Shown here: positions 9,701 to 19,545 of the stretch, piece after piece | How positions within the stretch are numbered: position 1 is the first letter of the stretch | How the letters are laid out: each line of letters begins with the position of its first letter | Source of the DNA: an uncultured Gammaproteobacteria bacterium | GTDB lineage: Bacteria; Pseudomonadota; Gammaproteobacteria; SZUA-229 | NCBI GenBank assembly: GCA_963803185.1 | Contig: CAWDMF010000006.1 | Location: 22,779-86,778 of the forward strand | Direction of reading: 5' to 3' | Length of the DNA stretch: 64,000 nt | Program-made: the position numbers and the translations under genes | The notes under the pieces: model-generated | Told to the model about the DNA's origin: nothing | Databases searched by the model: none | The model's input: only the letters and a program-made list of their open reading frames with translations

Positions 9701-9812
9701 GCTGTTCAAACAGATGAAAAACAGGGAACCCATGCCTGCCTGGGGAGATGTTACGGTTTGTCGTTATTGTAATTTTTCCGGCCTTTGCCGAAAAGCAGAA
9801 TGGGGGGAGTGA
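6762..9812 (+). CDS. AddB-like PD-(D/E)XK nuclease family protein (inactive-helicase-like N-terminus, C-terminal RecB-type nuclease with 4-Cys iron-staple)
   Basis: 1016 aa with no Walker A. The C-terminal motifs GRLDRID...IIDYKTGK...QLSIYALL and Cys ligands INCPYQYF...CRYCNFSGLC match the AddB nuclease/Fe-S domain. No AddA/UvrD partner in the window. Confidence 0.65.
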   Translation: MTQSSTTVVQPDQNILQFAAEFIFNKFSGNNYSVQAPDFSKLFVLLPHAQVVQPFNEALCRSLGPNLPAITSRDGPYFAKSQDGGAIIPPWADTLKAWTKHFVCNPQPEINDSWQIISEQTRQLLFIEALQQHPDLFKAENQWQVTQALLSLFDELSLNQQDIFSSPEQLAQQLQQAYGIEEQHDHLLYESKLVYTLWHAWQKQLSENQLYDETADYLSRLKNAPTVINKQQQFICLGLSQYTKTEQDFIQYLINNKQCHVIDFSSTIRCEKGNHVTNEATTNTETSSTFAVFISETFAQSTQSIKQRAVDFARQYPETTSANLPFSTYLASNEEEQIRAIDYYVRLRVLNGNNNIAIISEDRKLSRRLRAVLERANIQLQDKAGWSLATTQAATIIERWLECIEEDFSAYALLDCLKSPFFNITAVETASPENASIRDNFKKNIYRFEHDLIFHENVSSNIEQYKAKLKQRIARLSHWPENTYDELINTLNFIQKTAAPLTNFYSSEKNVALSDLLDALYNSLQQLGILQSYQNDNAGLVLLKTFAMLKQSISCSNPTLSWYDFRTWLSMALESQHFTPPTNDSRVQLMTLEQASFVNFDCLVIAATESQHYPGSAKNQPFFNQAVRTSLGLETWDRQREQRHQCFNRALLSAPDILLTACNEENGEEKPVSPWLELLINFYQLAYNRKPDNTHLHQLVLSNSEVFNCDVAELPQLASKPAVIIPEDLIPEKISASAYQRIINCPYQYFSADGLRLKPLEEITEELKKSDYGERIHLILQCFHHGHILPGMAGSRAMQEQRSGVPEKFVKAFSHAITQENAKQAEQYLSKLSERVFLADLENNILHRSWLYRWQKHIPAYINWQIKQQQEWSTSLSEKNLEVTLGETVTIVGRLDRIDKNKENNTHAIIDYKTGKTARQEDIDIGENVQLSIYALLDHEASEVSYLSLDSSYQKVESRASLSGEDLEINREQNKQRLIQLFKQMKNREPMPAWGDVTVCRYCNFSGLCRKAEWGE

Positions 9813-9834
9813 AAAATACACAATGAAAAATGAA

Positions 9835-9877
9835 GTTGCCATCCTGAGTGGCGCCGAAGGATGGCAACTTTATTTTA
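9835..9877. terminator. Bidirectional rho-independent terminator between convergent genes
   Basis: GTTGCCATCCT-gagtggcgccga-AGGATGGCAAC is a perfect 11-bp stem, followed by TTTATTTTA. Confidence 0.6.
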
Positions 9878-9918
9878 CAGCTTGTTTATTTTTCACTCTT
9901 CATTATTCATTGTCTTTT

Positions 9919-11034
9919 CTATTTCACCGCAAACAAGGAGCCATTCACACTGTTGAAGTAGACGTGACCATTATCTATTACTGCAGCAGAATAAATATTA
10001 CCATCGACCTTATATTTCCAGCGCAACTGACCTTTACTGCTATCTAAGGCATATAAATAGCCATCGGTACTACCTGCATAAACGGTGTCTGATGCTATGG
10101 TAATCGGTGCAAACACATAACCTTCAGTACGATATTCCCATTCACGTGTGCCTTCTTCAGCATCGTAGGAATAGATATAACCATCTTTACTGCCGATAAA
10201 AACTTTACCGTCATAAAGAGCCGGTGATGACAACACAGGGCCAGCTGTTTTCTTATCCCAGGTTTGCTGGCCAGTTAATATATTGACAGCATAAACATGC
10301 TTGTCATCACTGCCGAAGTAAACATTTCGTGCATCGACTGCGGGTGATGAGTGGATCTTACCACTCGCCTTAAATCGCCAGTACTCCTGCCCTGTTTTAC
10401 GGTTTACCGCGAACAGGTCACCCTTTAAAGTGCCGAAAAATATGTACTCGCCATAAATGGCAGGTGAGCTGTAAATCGATGCACCGGCATTAAAAGTCCA
10501 TTTTCTAAAACCAGTTTGCGCTTCAGCCGCGTACAAATTACCATCTTCACTGGCAAAATAAATAACATCATCATAAATAATCGGAGAGGAGGATATCGGG
10601 CCTTTGGTTTCCTGTTTCCATACAATCGCCTGCGTATTTTCCCTGATGGCATACAACGTCTTGTCCCAACTGCCGACAAAAACAATACCATTGGAAATAA
10701 CTGGTGTTGATTCAACATTGCCAGCGGTTTCAAAAGACCATTTCATTTGACCGGTCTGCTGATCGATAGCGTATAAATGCTTGTCATTACTACCCAGATA
10801 AATAGTGCCATTCGCTACCACTGGTGAGGAATAGGTTTTATCCGGTGCACTGAATTTCCAGTCCAGCTGATCCAGCGCGGTGGGACCAGACGTACTGTAG
10901 ACTGCGGTATGATTTACATCACCACGGAACATGCCGGTTTTACCACTACCACAGGCAGTGAGGGCAATAGTTGATGCAGCAATAACTACCAGTAAAATCT
11001 TATTAGGTGAATGATTATTATTTTTCATGAACAC
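9919..11034 (-). CDS. PQQ-like beta-propeller repeat lipoprotein (BamB-like)
   Basis: Lipobox LTAC after the signal peptide. Repeated ...NG.VYAGS.DG.LYA.D..TG...W blades characteristic of PQQ/BamB propellers. Confidence 0.65.
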   Translation of the reverse strand: MFMKNNNHSPNKILLVVIAASTIALTACGSGKTGMFRGDVNHTAVYSTSGPTALDQLDWKFSAPDKTYSSPVVANGTIYLGSNDKHLYAIDQQTGQMKWSFETAGNVESTPVISNGIVFVGSWDKTLYAIRENTQAIVWKQETKGPISSSPIIYDDVIYFASEDGNLYAAEAQTGFRKWTFNAGASIYSSPAIYGEYIFFGTLKGDLFAVNRKTGQEYWRFKASGKIHSSPAVDARNVYFGSDDKHVYAVNILTGQQTWDKKTAGPVLSSPALYDGKVFIGSKDGYIYSYDAEEGTREWEYRTEGYVFAPITIASDTVYAGSTDGYLYALDSSKGQLRWKYKVDGNIYSAAVIDNGHVYFNSVNGSLFAVK

Positions 11035-11386
11035 TCCAGCAACTCCCCTATTTCGTGTTATTCATTGTTATCTATCAACACAGCATTTAACGGCTATAAA
11101 AATGTGGATATTTTCAACAGAGAATAGACTAGTTTTAAAACAAAATCACGACTTTGCGATTATCTGGCTGAGGTTTTAATCTTAACGGGTTTAATTTTCC
11201 GTAAATAACGTTCCCCCGCAACAAGCTCTGACAGTGAATTAAAATAAAGGCGAAAAAAACGTCGTGCACGAAAGACACAACACAGGACAAAAGCGAACCA
11301 GTTAATTTATTTTTTTGCGCTATTTGCGTCTTTCACCAACCAGGCTTTTTCTTAATTCCCGTCAGCTTACCAGCTGGTCAATTTTT

Positions 11387-12500
11387 TCAATGAGCAAAAG
11401 CAGCAGCACCCGCATTACACAACAATTCATAAGCAATCGTATCACTAAAATGCGCCACTTCATCAACGCTTAATTCTTTACCCCAAAGCACCACGCGGTC
11501 GCCAATACTGGCATCCATATCGGCCAGATTAATACACAGGCTATCCATTGATACTCGCCCCAGCAGTGCGCTGCGCTGATGATTAATCCATACCGGTGTA
11601 CCGTTTCTGGCATGACGCGGATAACCGTCGCCATACCCCGCTGCGACCACACCTATGGTTATATCTTTATCCGCTGTATAGGTGCTGCCATAACCGATAG
11701 ATTCGCCCGCCCTGACCACCTTAATATCGATCAGTATAGACTCAAACTGCATCACGGCCTGTAAGCCCAAATCAGCAGCCGTGATATCTTTAAACGGCGA
11801 GCAGCCGTATAACATGATGCCGGGGCGCACTATTTCAAAGTGGCTTTTTGGCAAACGCATTATGGCTGCAGAATTAGCCATGCTGCAATTCACTTCTATA
11901 TCATTAGTTAATCTTACAAAAGACTCTAACTGTTTGTTATTTAGAGTCATTACTAACATCGTCTGCATTCGCAAAATGACTCATCACAAATACATTTTTT
12001 ACATTCCTGCAATTTCGTAATTGACCAAAGTAGGTATCTAATTCATCGCTATAAATGCCCAGACGATGCATCCCGGTATCGACTTTAATCCAGGCATCAA
12101 GTGTTGCTGAAACATCCCGTCGTGATGACATGCCTAACAACAGATCTAACTGCGCACGCTGGTGCACCACCGTCGATAATTTTAGTTGAAAAAATTTTTC
12201 CAGCTCAGTTACATCAGAAAAACCATGCAAAACAAGAATGGGTTTCGTACAGCCATCAGCTCTCAGTGCATAGGCCTCTGCTGGCATTGCCACAGCAAAC
12301 AGGTCAGCATCAGCGAGCTGTTGCGCGACACTCAGCATTCCATGTCCATAAGCGTTCGCTTTTATCACCGCCATTACCTGGCTTCCTGGCGCGTACTCTC
12401 TTACCTTTCTTAGATTACTGGATAAGGTCTTTTCGTTTAATGTTAAACTGGCTCGGCGCCAATGACTGCTGGCAACAATGCTGGGAATCTGCTCGCTCAT
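11387..12500 (-). CDS. alr: Alanine racemase, split into two overlapping ORFs by an apparent 1-nt frameshift near 11937-11945
   Basis: The N-terminal ORF 11937..12500 carries the PLP site AVIKANAYGHG and ends ...SHFANADDVSNDSK*. ORF 11387..11974 continues ...LNNKQLESFVRL...CSMANSAAIM...RPGIMLYG. Removing one base in tctaaataac restores ...DDVSNDSNNKQLESF.... The ATGA overlap with the dnaB stop is as in E. coli. Confidence 0.8.
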
Positions 12501-13903
12501 TCAAAACCATCATTGTCATACATTTCAGGAATGTAATTTTCAAACTTGGTATATTTGCCAAGAAAGGTAAGCAATGATTTTCCGATGGGACCATTACGTT
12601 GTTTAGCAATGATAATTTCAGCCACACCTTTTTGAGGGCTGTCGTCGTTATAGACTTCGTCGCGATAAATAAACACAATTAAATCCGCATCTTGCTCAAT
12701 CGCACCCGATTCACGCAGGTCCGACATCACCGGGCGTTTATCCGGACGCTGCTCCAGGCTACGATTTAACTGCGACAGGGCAATTACCGGCACTTTCAGC
12801 TCTTTTGCCATGGCTTTTAAACCACGTGAAATTTCAGAAATCTCTGTTGCACGGTTTTCACTGCCGCCATGAACCTGCATTAACTGCAAATAATCAATCA
12901 CAATCAAACCCAGGCCATGCTGACGTTTTAAACGTCGAGCACGAGCCCTGATCTCATTCGGTGACATCGCGGGTGTGTCATCGATAAAAATTTTTGCTTC
13001 CGACAATATGTGAATGGCAGAAGTAATTCGCGCCCAGTCTTCATCGGTAAGATTACCCGTTCGAATATGGTGCTGATCAACACGTCCCAGTGAAGAAATC
13101 ATACGCATCGCCAGTGAATCGCCGGGCATCTCCATACTGAATACAGCCACCGGCAGTTTGTCACCAATCGCCGCATTTTCCGCAATATTCATCGCAAAGG
13201 TGGTTTTACCCATCGATGGACGCCCGGCGACAATGACCAGGTCAGCTTCCTGCAGACCCGTAGTCATCTCATCAAATTTATCAAAACCGGTCGATACCCC
13301 GGTGATACCGCCATCACTGTTAAACAAATGATCAATTTTATCGACGGTTTTAGACAGCAGTGTTTTCATGTCCTGAAAACCACCTTCACCACGTGCACCC
13401 TGCTCTGCAATCTGAAAAACCTGCTTCTCTGCATCATCCAGTAATTCTTTACTATCGCGCCCCTCAGGCTGATAACCACTGGCGCTGATATCAGTACCCA
13501 CCGAAATGAGCTGACGTAATACCGATTTTTCACGCACGATATTGGCGTAAGCCACAATATTTGCCGCACTGGGCGTGTCTTTCGCAAGACGGCCTAAATA
13601 TAACAGACCACCCGCCCGTTCAAGATGATCATTTTTTTGCAAACACTGTGACAGCGTAACCGCGTCAAAAGGCTCATTACGAGATTCCAGTTCACGAATC
13701 GCAGAAAATAACAGACGATGGTCATAGCGATAAAAATCTTCTTCAACCAGCTTATCTGCAATATTTTCCCAGGCGCGATTATCCAGCAGCAGCCCGCCAA
13801 TCACAGCCTGCTCGGCTTCTACCGAGTGTGGCGGCACGCGCAAGTTACTGGTCTGTCCATCAGACATTGGATCGGAGCTCGCAAATGGTACAGTTTCTGA
13901 CAT
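12497..13903 (-). CDS. dnaB: Replicative DNA helicase
   Basis: 468 aa with a Walker A GRPSMGKTTFAMNIAEN and a RecA-like C-terminal domain typical of DnaB. Confidence 0.92.
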   Translation of the reverse strand: MSETVPFASSDPMSDGQTSNLRVPPHSVEAEQAVIGGLLLDNRAWENIADKLVEEDFYRYDHRLLFSAIRELESRNEPFDAVTLSQCLQKNDHLERAGGLLYLGRLAKDTPSAANIVAYANIVREKSVLRQLISVGTDISASGYQPEGRDSKELLDDAEKQVFQIAEQGARGEGGFQDMKTLLSKTVDKIDHLFNSDGGITGVSTGFDKFDEMTTGLQEADLVIVAGRPSMGKTTFAMNIAENAAIGDKLPVAVFSMEMPGDSLAMRMISSLGRVDQHHIRTGNLTDEDWARITSAIHILSEAKIFIDDTPAMSPNEIRARARRLKRQHGLGLIVIDYLQLMQVHGGSENRATEISEISRGLKAMAKELKVPVIALSQLNRSLEQRPDKRPVMSDLRESGAIEQDADLIVFIYRDEVYNDDSPQKGVAEIIIAKQRNGPIGKSLLTFLGKYTKFENYIPEMYDNDGFE

Positions 13904-14022
13904 AAAAAAGCCTGTTGAATTTCGTTTAGATTATAAAGACTGAAGACGGTGAGTGAAAGCCATTTTTAATGCAAATACTTTTATTTACAAAGAGAGCCAG
14001 CGAAGAAAAGAAAAAATAATTT

Positions 14023-14200
14023 TGTCCACAGATGAACGCAAATGAACGCAAATAAAAAGCTTTATGTTATCAACACTTTCCAACGCAGGTGAATGAAAAA
14101 TAGAAATAGCCTCATCCTTCCACTATGCTATAGCCTGGTGCAGGATAACAGAATTAATTATCGGTTTTTATTTGCGTTCATTTGCGTTCATCTGTGGACA
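14023..14200. repeat. Family-1 intergenic palindromic element (arms TGTCCACAGATGAACGCAAATGAACGCAAAT and its reverse complement)
   Basis: Left arm at 14023-14054, right arm at 14169-14200. Related copies at 29834-29940, 31411-31525 and 51483-51677, and a degenerate copy at 49413-49572. Confidence 0.8.
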
Positions 14201-14217
14201 AACAAAGCTATTAATAA

Positions 14218-14250
14218 AAAAGGCCTGCATTATGCAGGCCTTTTTTATCA
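14218..14250. terminator. Rho-independent terminator downstream of rplI
   Basis: AAAAAAGGCCTGCAttatGCAGGCCTTTTTTA is a hairpin flanked by A and T runs (bidirectional). Confidence 0.7.
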
Positions 14251-14266
14251 AACAGCAGAAAAAACC

Positions 14267-14722
14267 TTAAGCTTCTTCTTCACCAATAATGGTCACTTTA
14301 GCAATGGCATTAACATCGGAGTGTAAATGCAAGGTGATTTCATATTCACCAGCTTGACGAAGTGGCCCCTCTGGGAGACGTACTTCGCGTTTTTCGACTT
14401 CCACGCCAGCTGCAGTAATCGCATTGGCAATATCGACATTACCAATTGAACCAAATAATTTACCTTCAGTACCTGATTTTGCCGTAATCTCAATACTCAA
14501 CACTTCAATTTTCTTACGGCGCTTTTCTGCAGCCGACAGCGAGTCAGCTGCCAGTTTTTCAAACTCTGCACGGCGTTCTTCAATTTCTGCCTTGTTAGCA
14601 TCTGTTGCCGCTTTCGCTTTACCCTGAGGCAACAGAAAGTTACGAGCAAAACCGGATTTTACGTTAACCAGATCACCAATATTACCTAAACGATCAATTT
14701 TTTCAAATAAGATGACTTCCAT
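14267..14722 (-). CDS. rplI: 50S ribosomal protein L9
   Basis: MEVILFEKIDRLGNIGDLVNVKSGFARNFLLPQGKA. Confidence 0.93.
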   Translation of the reverse strand: MEVILFEKIDRLGNIGDLVNVKSGFARNFLLPQGKAKAATDANKAEIEERRAEFEKLAADSLSAAEKRRKKIEVLSIEITAKSGTEGKLFGSIGNVDIANAITAAGVEVEKREVRLPEGPLRQAGEYEITLHLHSDVNAIAKVTIIGEEEA

Positions 14723-14795
14723 CTTTCTAACCTCTACTGTAAATTCTTAATGTTAAATTTTATGTTGTGCAAAATTCTTTATATCTGAAACACCT

Positions 14796-15692
14796 TCAAA
14801 CAGGTAACCGTATACGCTGGCGAATATTCAGCCAGGGATCAGCAAAACTCGCTAAAATCAGCAACAGTAGCACCTGCGGTATAAAAAGCATGATTAAATA
14901 AATAACCAGTAACCAGGTTGAATTCAACTGCCGTATTTTTATTGTCGCATGTAAAATCGACAATGCCTGCATGCCATACAAAACAAGTACAACCGTTGCC
15001 AGTGCAATAGCGAAGACACTTTTTGCCAGCATCGCTATCAAAATAATGGTAATAGCGACTAAAGCAGAAATCCTTCCCAGATTTAAACTCTGAAACTCTT
15101 TTGCAAAACCACCCGGGTTATAAAAAACCGCCTGCCACCATCGGCCCAAAAACAGGCTTATCATGCTGCCAAACATAATACTGCTGACAAACAAACCGGG
15201 TAAAAATTCGATAAGCCAGTCTTCAGTCTGTTTTAATTCAGCCAGGCTAAATTCATCGGATTGCCGAACCAGTTCCGTAATCATCTGATCTATCGGTTCA
15301 CGCCAGAGTTCACCAAAATTCGGGAACAGTATATAAATCAGTACAATGGCCAGCAAACTGATGGCGGTCAGTACCTGCAAGCTATAAGCCATTGATACTG
15401 TTTGGCGCAATATCATTGCTATTAACCAGACCGGTAACCAGGCAAGCAAAACAAATATCACGGCCACCTGCGGTGTTGCAAAAATCAGTATTGAAAATAT
15501 TGCGACACCCAGTGATGAAAAAGCAGTGGTTATCAAACCACTTTTCGGACCATGCACTAGCGTCATCAGCACTATAACTGCCGAGCTAATCCATGCTGCC
15601 GGCGGTACCATCAGACCTAAAATGGCCATAGATGCGGCAACTAACGCTGCCTGACTTTGGCCTTTTAATATAAATTTTGCCAGAAATAACAC
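14796..15692 (-). CDS. Polytopic inner-membrane protein (DUF2232/YybS-like) between rpsR and rplI
   Basis: 298 aa with about 8 TM helices. Positioned like B. subtilis yybS next to rplI. The family assignment is tentative. Confidence 0.45.
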   Translation of the reverse strand: MLFLAKFILKGQSQAALVAASMAILGLMVPPAAWISSAVIVLMTLVHGPKSGLITTAFSSLGVAIFSILIFATPQVAVIFVLLAWLPVWLIAMILRQTVSMAYSLQVLTAISLLAIVLIYILFPNFGELWREPIDQMITELVRQSDEFSLAELKQTEDWLIEFLPGLFVSSIMFGSMISLFLGRWWQAVFYNPGGFAKEFQSLNLGRISALVAITIILIAMLAKSVFAIALATVVLVLYGMQALSILHATIKIRQLNSTWLLVIYLIMLFIPQVLLLLILASFADPWLNIRQRIRLPV

Positions 15693-15790
15693 TTAAGACA
15701 CCATTAAAGTGCTGATCCAGGACTTACCTGCTGCGACCAATAAATAATTATGGTCAATAGCAGGCAATCTCCAATAAATCTTACAGTAAC

Positions 15791-16018
15791 TTACTTGTGG
15801 CTGTCCGTATACGGGATAAGCGCAAGGTAACGTGCAACTTTCACTGCTTTAGTGAGCTTGCGCTGGTATTTTGCTTTAGTACCGGTAATACGTGCTGGCA
15901 CAATTTTGCCACTTTCAGAAACAAAAGCTTTAAGTAATTCCAGGTCTTTGTAATCTACGTCAGTAATACCCTCTGCAGTAAAACGACAATAACGTTTACG
16001 TCTAAAATTAGCTGCCAT
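15791..16018 (-). CDS. rpsR: 30S ribosomal protein S18
   Basis: 75 aa. [13 protein letters not shown]...[19 protein letters not shown]. Confidence 0.92.
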   Translation of the reverse strand: MAANFRRKRYCRFTAEGITDVDYKDLELLKAFVSESGKIVPARITGTKAKYQRKLTKAVKVARYLALIPYTDSHK

Positions 16019-16027
16019 TTTCTTCCC

Positions 16028-16513
16028 CTACTCTGCAGGTGCTGCTTCAGCAGCATCCGAATTATCATTAGCACTCGCTTCCGCACTTACCTTTTCAGCT
16101 TCTTGCTTAGCCGCTGTGGCTGCACGTTCTGTCGCTGCCCGTTCTTTTGCAGCCCGTTCCGCAGCTGATTTTTTATCAGCAGCATCTTCTTCATTTTTCG
16201 CTTTAGCAAGCATGGACATATCAGTCACTGCTTCATCACGTTTAAGGATCAGGCTACGAATAACCGCATCGTTAAATCTAAATGCGGTTTCAATTTCATC
16301 ACGCACAGCCTGATCACACTCTACATTTAATAATACGTAGTGTGCTTTGTGAATTTTGTTAATCGGGTAAGCTAACTGGCGACGGCCCCAGTCTTCCAGA
16401 CGGTGTACCGTTCCGCCATTAGATTCAACCGTTGCCTTGTAACGGTCAATCATTGCAGGTACCTGTTCACTCTGGTCCGGGTGCACCAGAAATACGATTT
16501 CGTAATGTCGCAT
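16028..16513 (-). CDS. rpsF: 30S ribosomal protein S6 with acidic/Ala-rich C-terminal tail
   Basis: [26 protein letters not shown]... Confidence 0.92.
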   Translation of the reverse strand: MRHYEIVFLVHPDQSEQVPAMIDRYKATVESNGGTVHRLEDWGRRQLAYPINKIHKAHYVLLNVECDQAVRDEIETAFRFNDAVIRSLILKRDEAVTDMSMLAKAKNEEDAADKKSAAERAAKERAATERAATAAKQEAEKVSAEASANDNSDAAEAAPAE

Positions 16514-16548
16514 GTTTTTCCTCTTGGTTAAAAGCCCCCCGTGCCTGG

Positions 16549-16568
16549 TTATTACAGCCCAGCACGGT
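16549..16568 (-). promoter_or_regulatory. Hairpin in the rpsF 5' leader (possible S6:S18 autoregulatory structure)
   Basis: CCGTGCTGGGCTG-taataa-CCAGGCACGG on the minus strand, about 36-55 nt upstream of the rpsF start. rpsF leaders in many bacteria carry an S6:S18-binding element; the assignment here is speculative. Confidence 0.25.
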
Positions 16569-16892
16569 GGAGCAAGGGATATTCAAATTGTAGGGCGCGC
16601 AGTCTACAGGAAAAACAATGAAAAATGAACAATGAATAGTGAATAATCTTTAAAAACAAGCCCATACATTCTATAAATGGTTTTTTTCGTGGATTTAGCG
16701 CACAAAAATATACCTGTCACAAACTATATACCCCTATTTTGTATTTGAACAACAGGGTAAAAACCGGCCATAAACGCTAATTCAAAAAACAGGAAAGTTA
16801 GTCCGCGAATAACGCTTTTAAAGCTTTTGATCGACTATAACAGGGTCATCTACTGACTGTCAGATAAGGCCTGGATCATTAAACCTAATTCA

Positions 16893-18311
16893 TTAAGACC
16901 GTCTCCAGACAGTCTTTCCATCCTTGTCTTCCAGCACAATCCCCATGGCATCGAGCTGGTCACGAATACGGTCTGCTGCTGCCCAGTCTTTATTTTCTCT
17001 CGCTTCCTTTCTGGCAACTATCAGCGCTTCTATTTTTTCTGCATCGCTACTTTCAGCCGCACCTGCCTGTAAAAAATGCTCTGGATCAGTTTCCAGCAAA
17101 CCTAATACATTGGCCAGTTTTTTAAGCACTGCTGCTTTTTGGATAGCAGCACTCAGGTCTTTCTCACGCAACCGGTTAACCTGGTTTGCCAGATCAAATA
17201 ACACCGCTAAAGCCTCCGGCGTGTTGAAATCATCATCCATTGCCTGCTTGAATTTTTCTATTGCAGGATCGTTTTCATCGTAGTCTGCAGGCAGGTCCAG
17301 GTCACGTAAAGTATTATATAAACGTGACAAAGCGGTACGTGCACTGTCCAGCAGCTGGTCAGCATAATTCAGTGGGCTGCGGTACTGGCTGGCCAAAACG
17401 AAATAACGAATCTCTTCACCTTTGTATAATTTCAGGATTTCACGCACTGTAAAGAAATTACCCAAAGACTTGGACATTTTTTCATTATCGATGCGAACAA
17501 AACCATTGTGCATCCACAGATTGACAAAAGTTTCACCAGTGGCGCCTTCTGACTGTGCGATTTCATTTTCATGATGCGGAAATTGCAGATCCTGACCACC
17601 GCCGTGGATATCAAAATGATTGCCCAGGCAACAGGTCGACATGGCGGAGCATTCAATATGCCAGCCAGGGCGGCCTTTGCCCCATGGCGAATCCCATGAA
17701 GGCTCACCCGGCTTGGCCGCTTTCCATAACACAAAGTCCAGTGGATCATCTTTGCGTTCATCAATAGCAACACGTTCACCGGCGCGTAAATCCTCCAGTT
17801 TCTTGCCAGATAATTTGCCGTAATTTTCGAAGGTACTGACATCATAATAAACATCGCCCTGACCATTATTATCGCCTTCATTTGCCCCTTCCTCTACCTG
17901 GGCAGTATAAGCATGACCTTTATCGATCAAGGTTTGCACCATGTCGATAATTTCCGGCATAGATGCAGTCGCTCTTGGCTCTTCGTCGGGTGGTAACACA
18001 CCCAGCTCTTCTGCATCTTCGTGCATCGCCTGAATAAAACGTTTTGTCAGGGCAGAGAAATCTTCACCATTTTCATTGGCACGACTGATGATTTTGTCAT
18101 CGATATCGGTAATGTTGCGCACATAAGTCACATCATACCCGCTATAACGAAGGTAACGTGTCACTGCATCAAACACTACCAGCACACGTGCATGCCCCAG
18201 ATGGCACAAATCATAAACCGTCATGCCACAGACATACATTTTCACTTTTCCGGGTTCGATCGGCTGGAAAACTTCTTTCTTCCGGGTCTGACTGTTGTGT
18301 ATCTTTAACAT
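16893..18311 (-). CDS. cysS: Cysteine--tRNA ligase
   Basis: 472 aa with HIGH-type motif [15 protein letters not shown] and KMSKS. Confidence 0.93.
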   Translation of the reverse strand: MLKIHNSQTRKKEVFQPIEPGKVKMYVCGMTVYDLCHLGHARVLVVFDAVTRYLRYSGYDVTYVRNITDIDDKIISRANENGEDFSALTKRFIQAMHEDAEELGVLPPDEEPRATASMPEIIDMVQTLIDKGHAYTAQVEEGANEGDNNGQGDVYYDVSTFENYGKLSGKKLEDLRAGERVAIDERKDDPLDFVLWKAAKPGEPSWDSPWGKGRPGWHIECSAMSTCCLGNHFDIHGGGQDLQFPHHENEIAQSEGATGETFVNLWMHNGFVRIDNEKMSKSLGNFFTVREILKLYKGEEIRYFVLASQYRSPLNYADQLLDSARTALSRLYNTLRDLDLPADYDENDPAIEKFKQAMDDDFNTPEALAVLFDLANQVNRLREKDLSAAIQKAAVLKKLANVLGLLETDPEHFLQAGAAESSDAEKIEALIVARKEARENKDWAAADRIRDQLDAMGIVLEDKDGKTVWRRS

Positions 18312-18418
18312 ATGCTTATTATTTTGAAAAAAAAGATGCGGAATATTAACGGATATGCGACTAAAGCGCTAACCAATCAGTAGCTGAGCCTCAATCTGAT
18401 GCTGAATATGTCGTGTCT

Positions 18419-18700
18419 TTAGAGTAGCTGTCGGCGCCTGACTATGCGTATAAATGGTACCAACATGAATAGCATCAGGGTGATCATCGCCAATGCCACA
18501 TTATCAAAGTTGACCAGCACGATGGCGATGATAAAAGCGATAATCATAGACAGGGCCGCATCTATCAGGGCGTTACGAATGAGCTGTCTGCGAACAACTT
18601 CCGCTTCATTTCCTACGATGAACAAAAACAGCACCGGCAACATGAAATGCAGTGGTGCATAAAACACAACGATAATAATCCAGATAATAGGGTCGTTCAC
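18419..18700 (-). CDS. Small hypothetical membrane protein
   Basis: 93 aa with three hydrophobic helices. No family recognised. Confidence 0.35.
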   Translation of the reverse strand: MNDPIIWIIIVVFYAPLHFMLPVLFLFIVGNEAEVVRRQLIRNALIDAALSMIIAFIIAIVLVNFDNVALAMITLMLFMLVPFIRIVRRRQLL

Positions 18701-18915
18701 TGAAATTCCTTAAAATATGCGGAGAAGCCTGTTGAGGCAGTATATTATCGCATAATTCTCATACTACTCGGACACACGTATCCTGGACAGCCGGATAAAA
18801 TCTCTTAGCCAACGATACCTCTTTAGCACTAATCTTTTTATCAAAAAATATCAGCTAATCGGCTTCAACTAAAGGTAAACTACGCGCTTTTTACAATATC
18901 AGCTTGAGTATATAG

Positions 18916-19383
18916 ATGATAAAAGTTTTATTTGTCTGCATGGGCAATATTTGTCGCTCACCTACAGCAGAAGGCGTATTCCGCCACAAAGTTGAACAAA
19001 AAAATCTACAGGAGCAGATTTCAATTGATTCCGCCGGCACCCATGCCTACCACGTTGGCAATCCACCAGATCAGCGCGCGCAAGATGCAGCCCTGAAACG
19101 TGATATTGATTTAAGTCAGCAACGCGCACGTCGCGTTAGCGCCGATGATTTTTCTGAGTTTGATTATGTTATCGCGATGGACGAAAGCAATCTGGATGAT
19201 CTGTTGTCTATCTGCCCTGCCGGCTATGAAGACCGTTTACACCTGTTTCTTGCTTTTTCAGATAGTGAGAACAAAGAAGTGCCTGACCCCTATTATGGCC
19301 AGGGACGCGGATTTGAGATAGTGTTAAATCTTGTAGAAGATGCGTCTGAGGGATTACTAAAACATATTCGTGAGAATAATTAA
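18916..19383 (+). CDS. Low-molecular-weight protein-tyrosine phosphatase
   Basis: The CX5R P-loop VLFVCMGNICRSPTAEG at the N-terminus and the DPYY motif near the C-terminus. Confidence 0.85.
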   Translation: MIKVLFVCMGNICRSPTAEGVFRHKVEQKNLQEQISIDSAGTHAYHVGNPPDQRAQDAALKRDIDLSQQRARRVSADDFSEFDYVIAMDESNLDDLLSICPAGYEDRLHLFLAFSDSENKEVPDPYYGQGRGFEIVLNLVEDASEGLLKHIRENN

Positions 19384-19545
19384 TGCCAGAGCCTGATTTT
19401 TAACATGGTTGATAACTTTCAAGTAGCTGCCCTGAATAGTAAGTAATATTTACCATCCAGGGCAGTCCTTAATTTTTTTACCAAGTTCGAGTTATTTACT
19501 GCAAACTGTTAAGTTCTAACTGCCAACTTAAAACTTTTCTTTTCC

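Noticed and set aside
9919-11034. Calling the PQQ-repeat lipoprotein BamB
   Set aside because: It has a lipobox and 8-blade-like PQQ repeats like BamB, but it is not in the usual der/yfgM context and many unrelated PQQ-propeller lipoproteins exist, so I left it as BamB-like.
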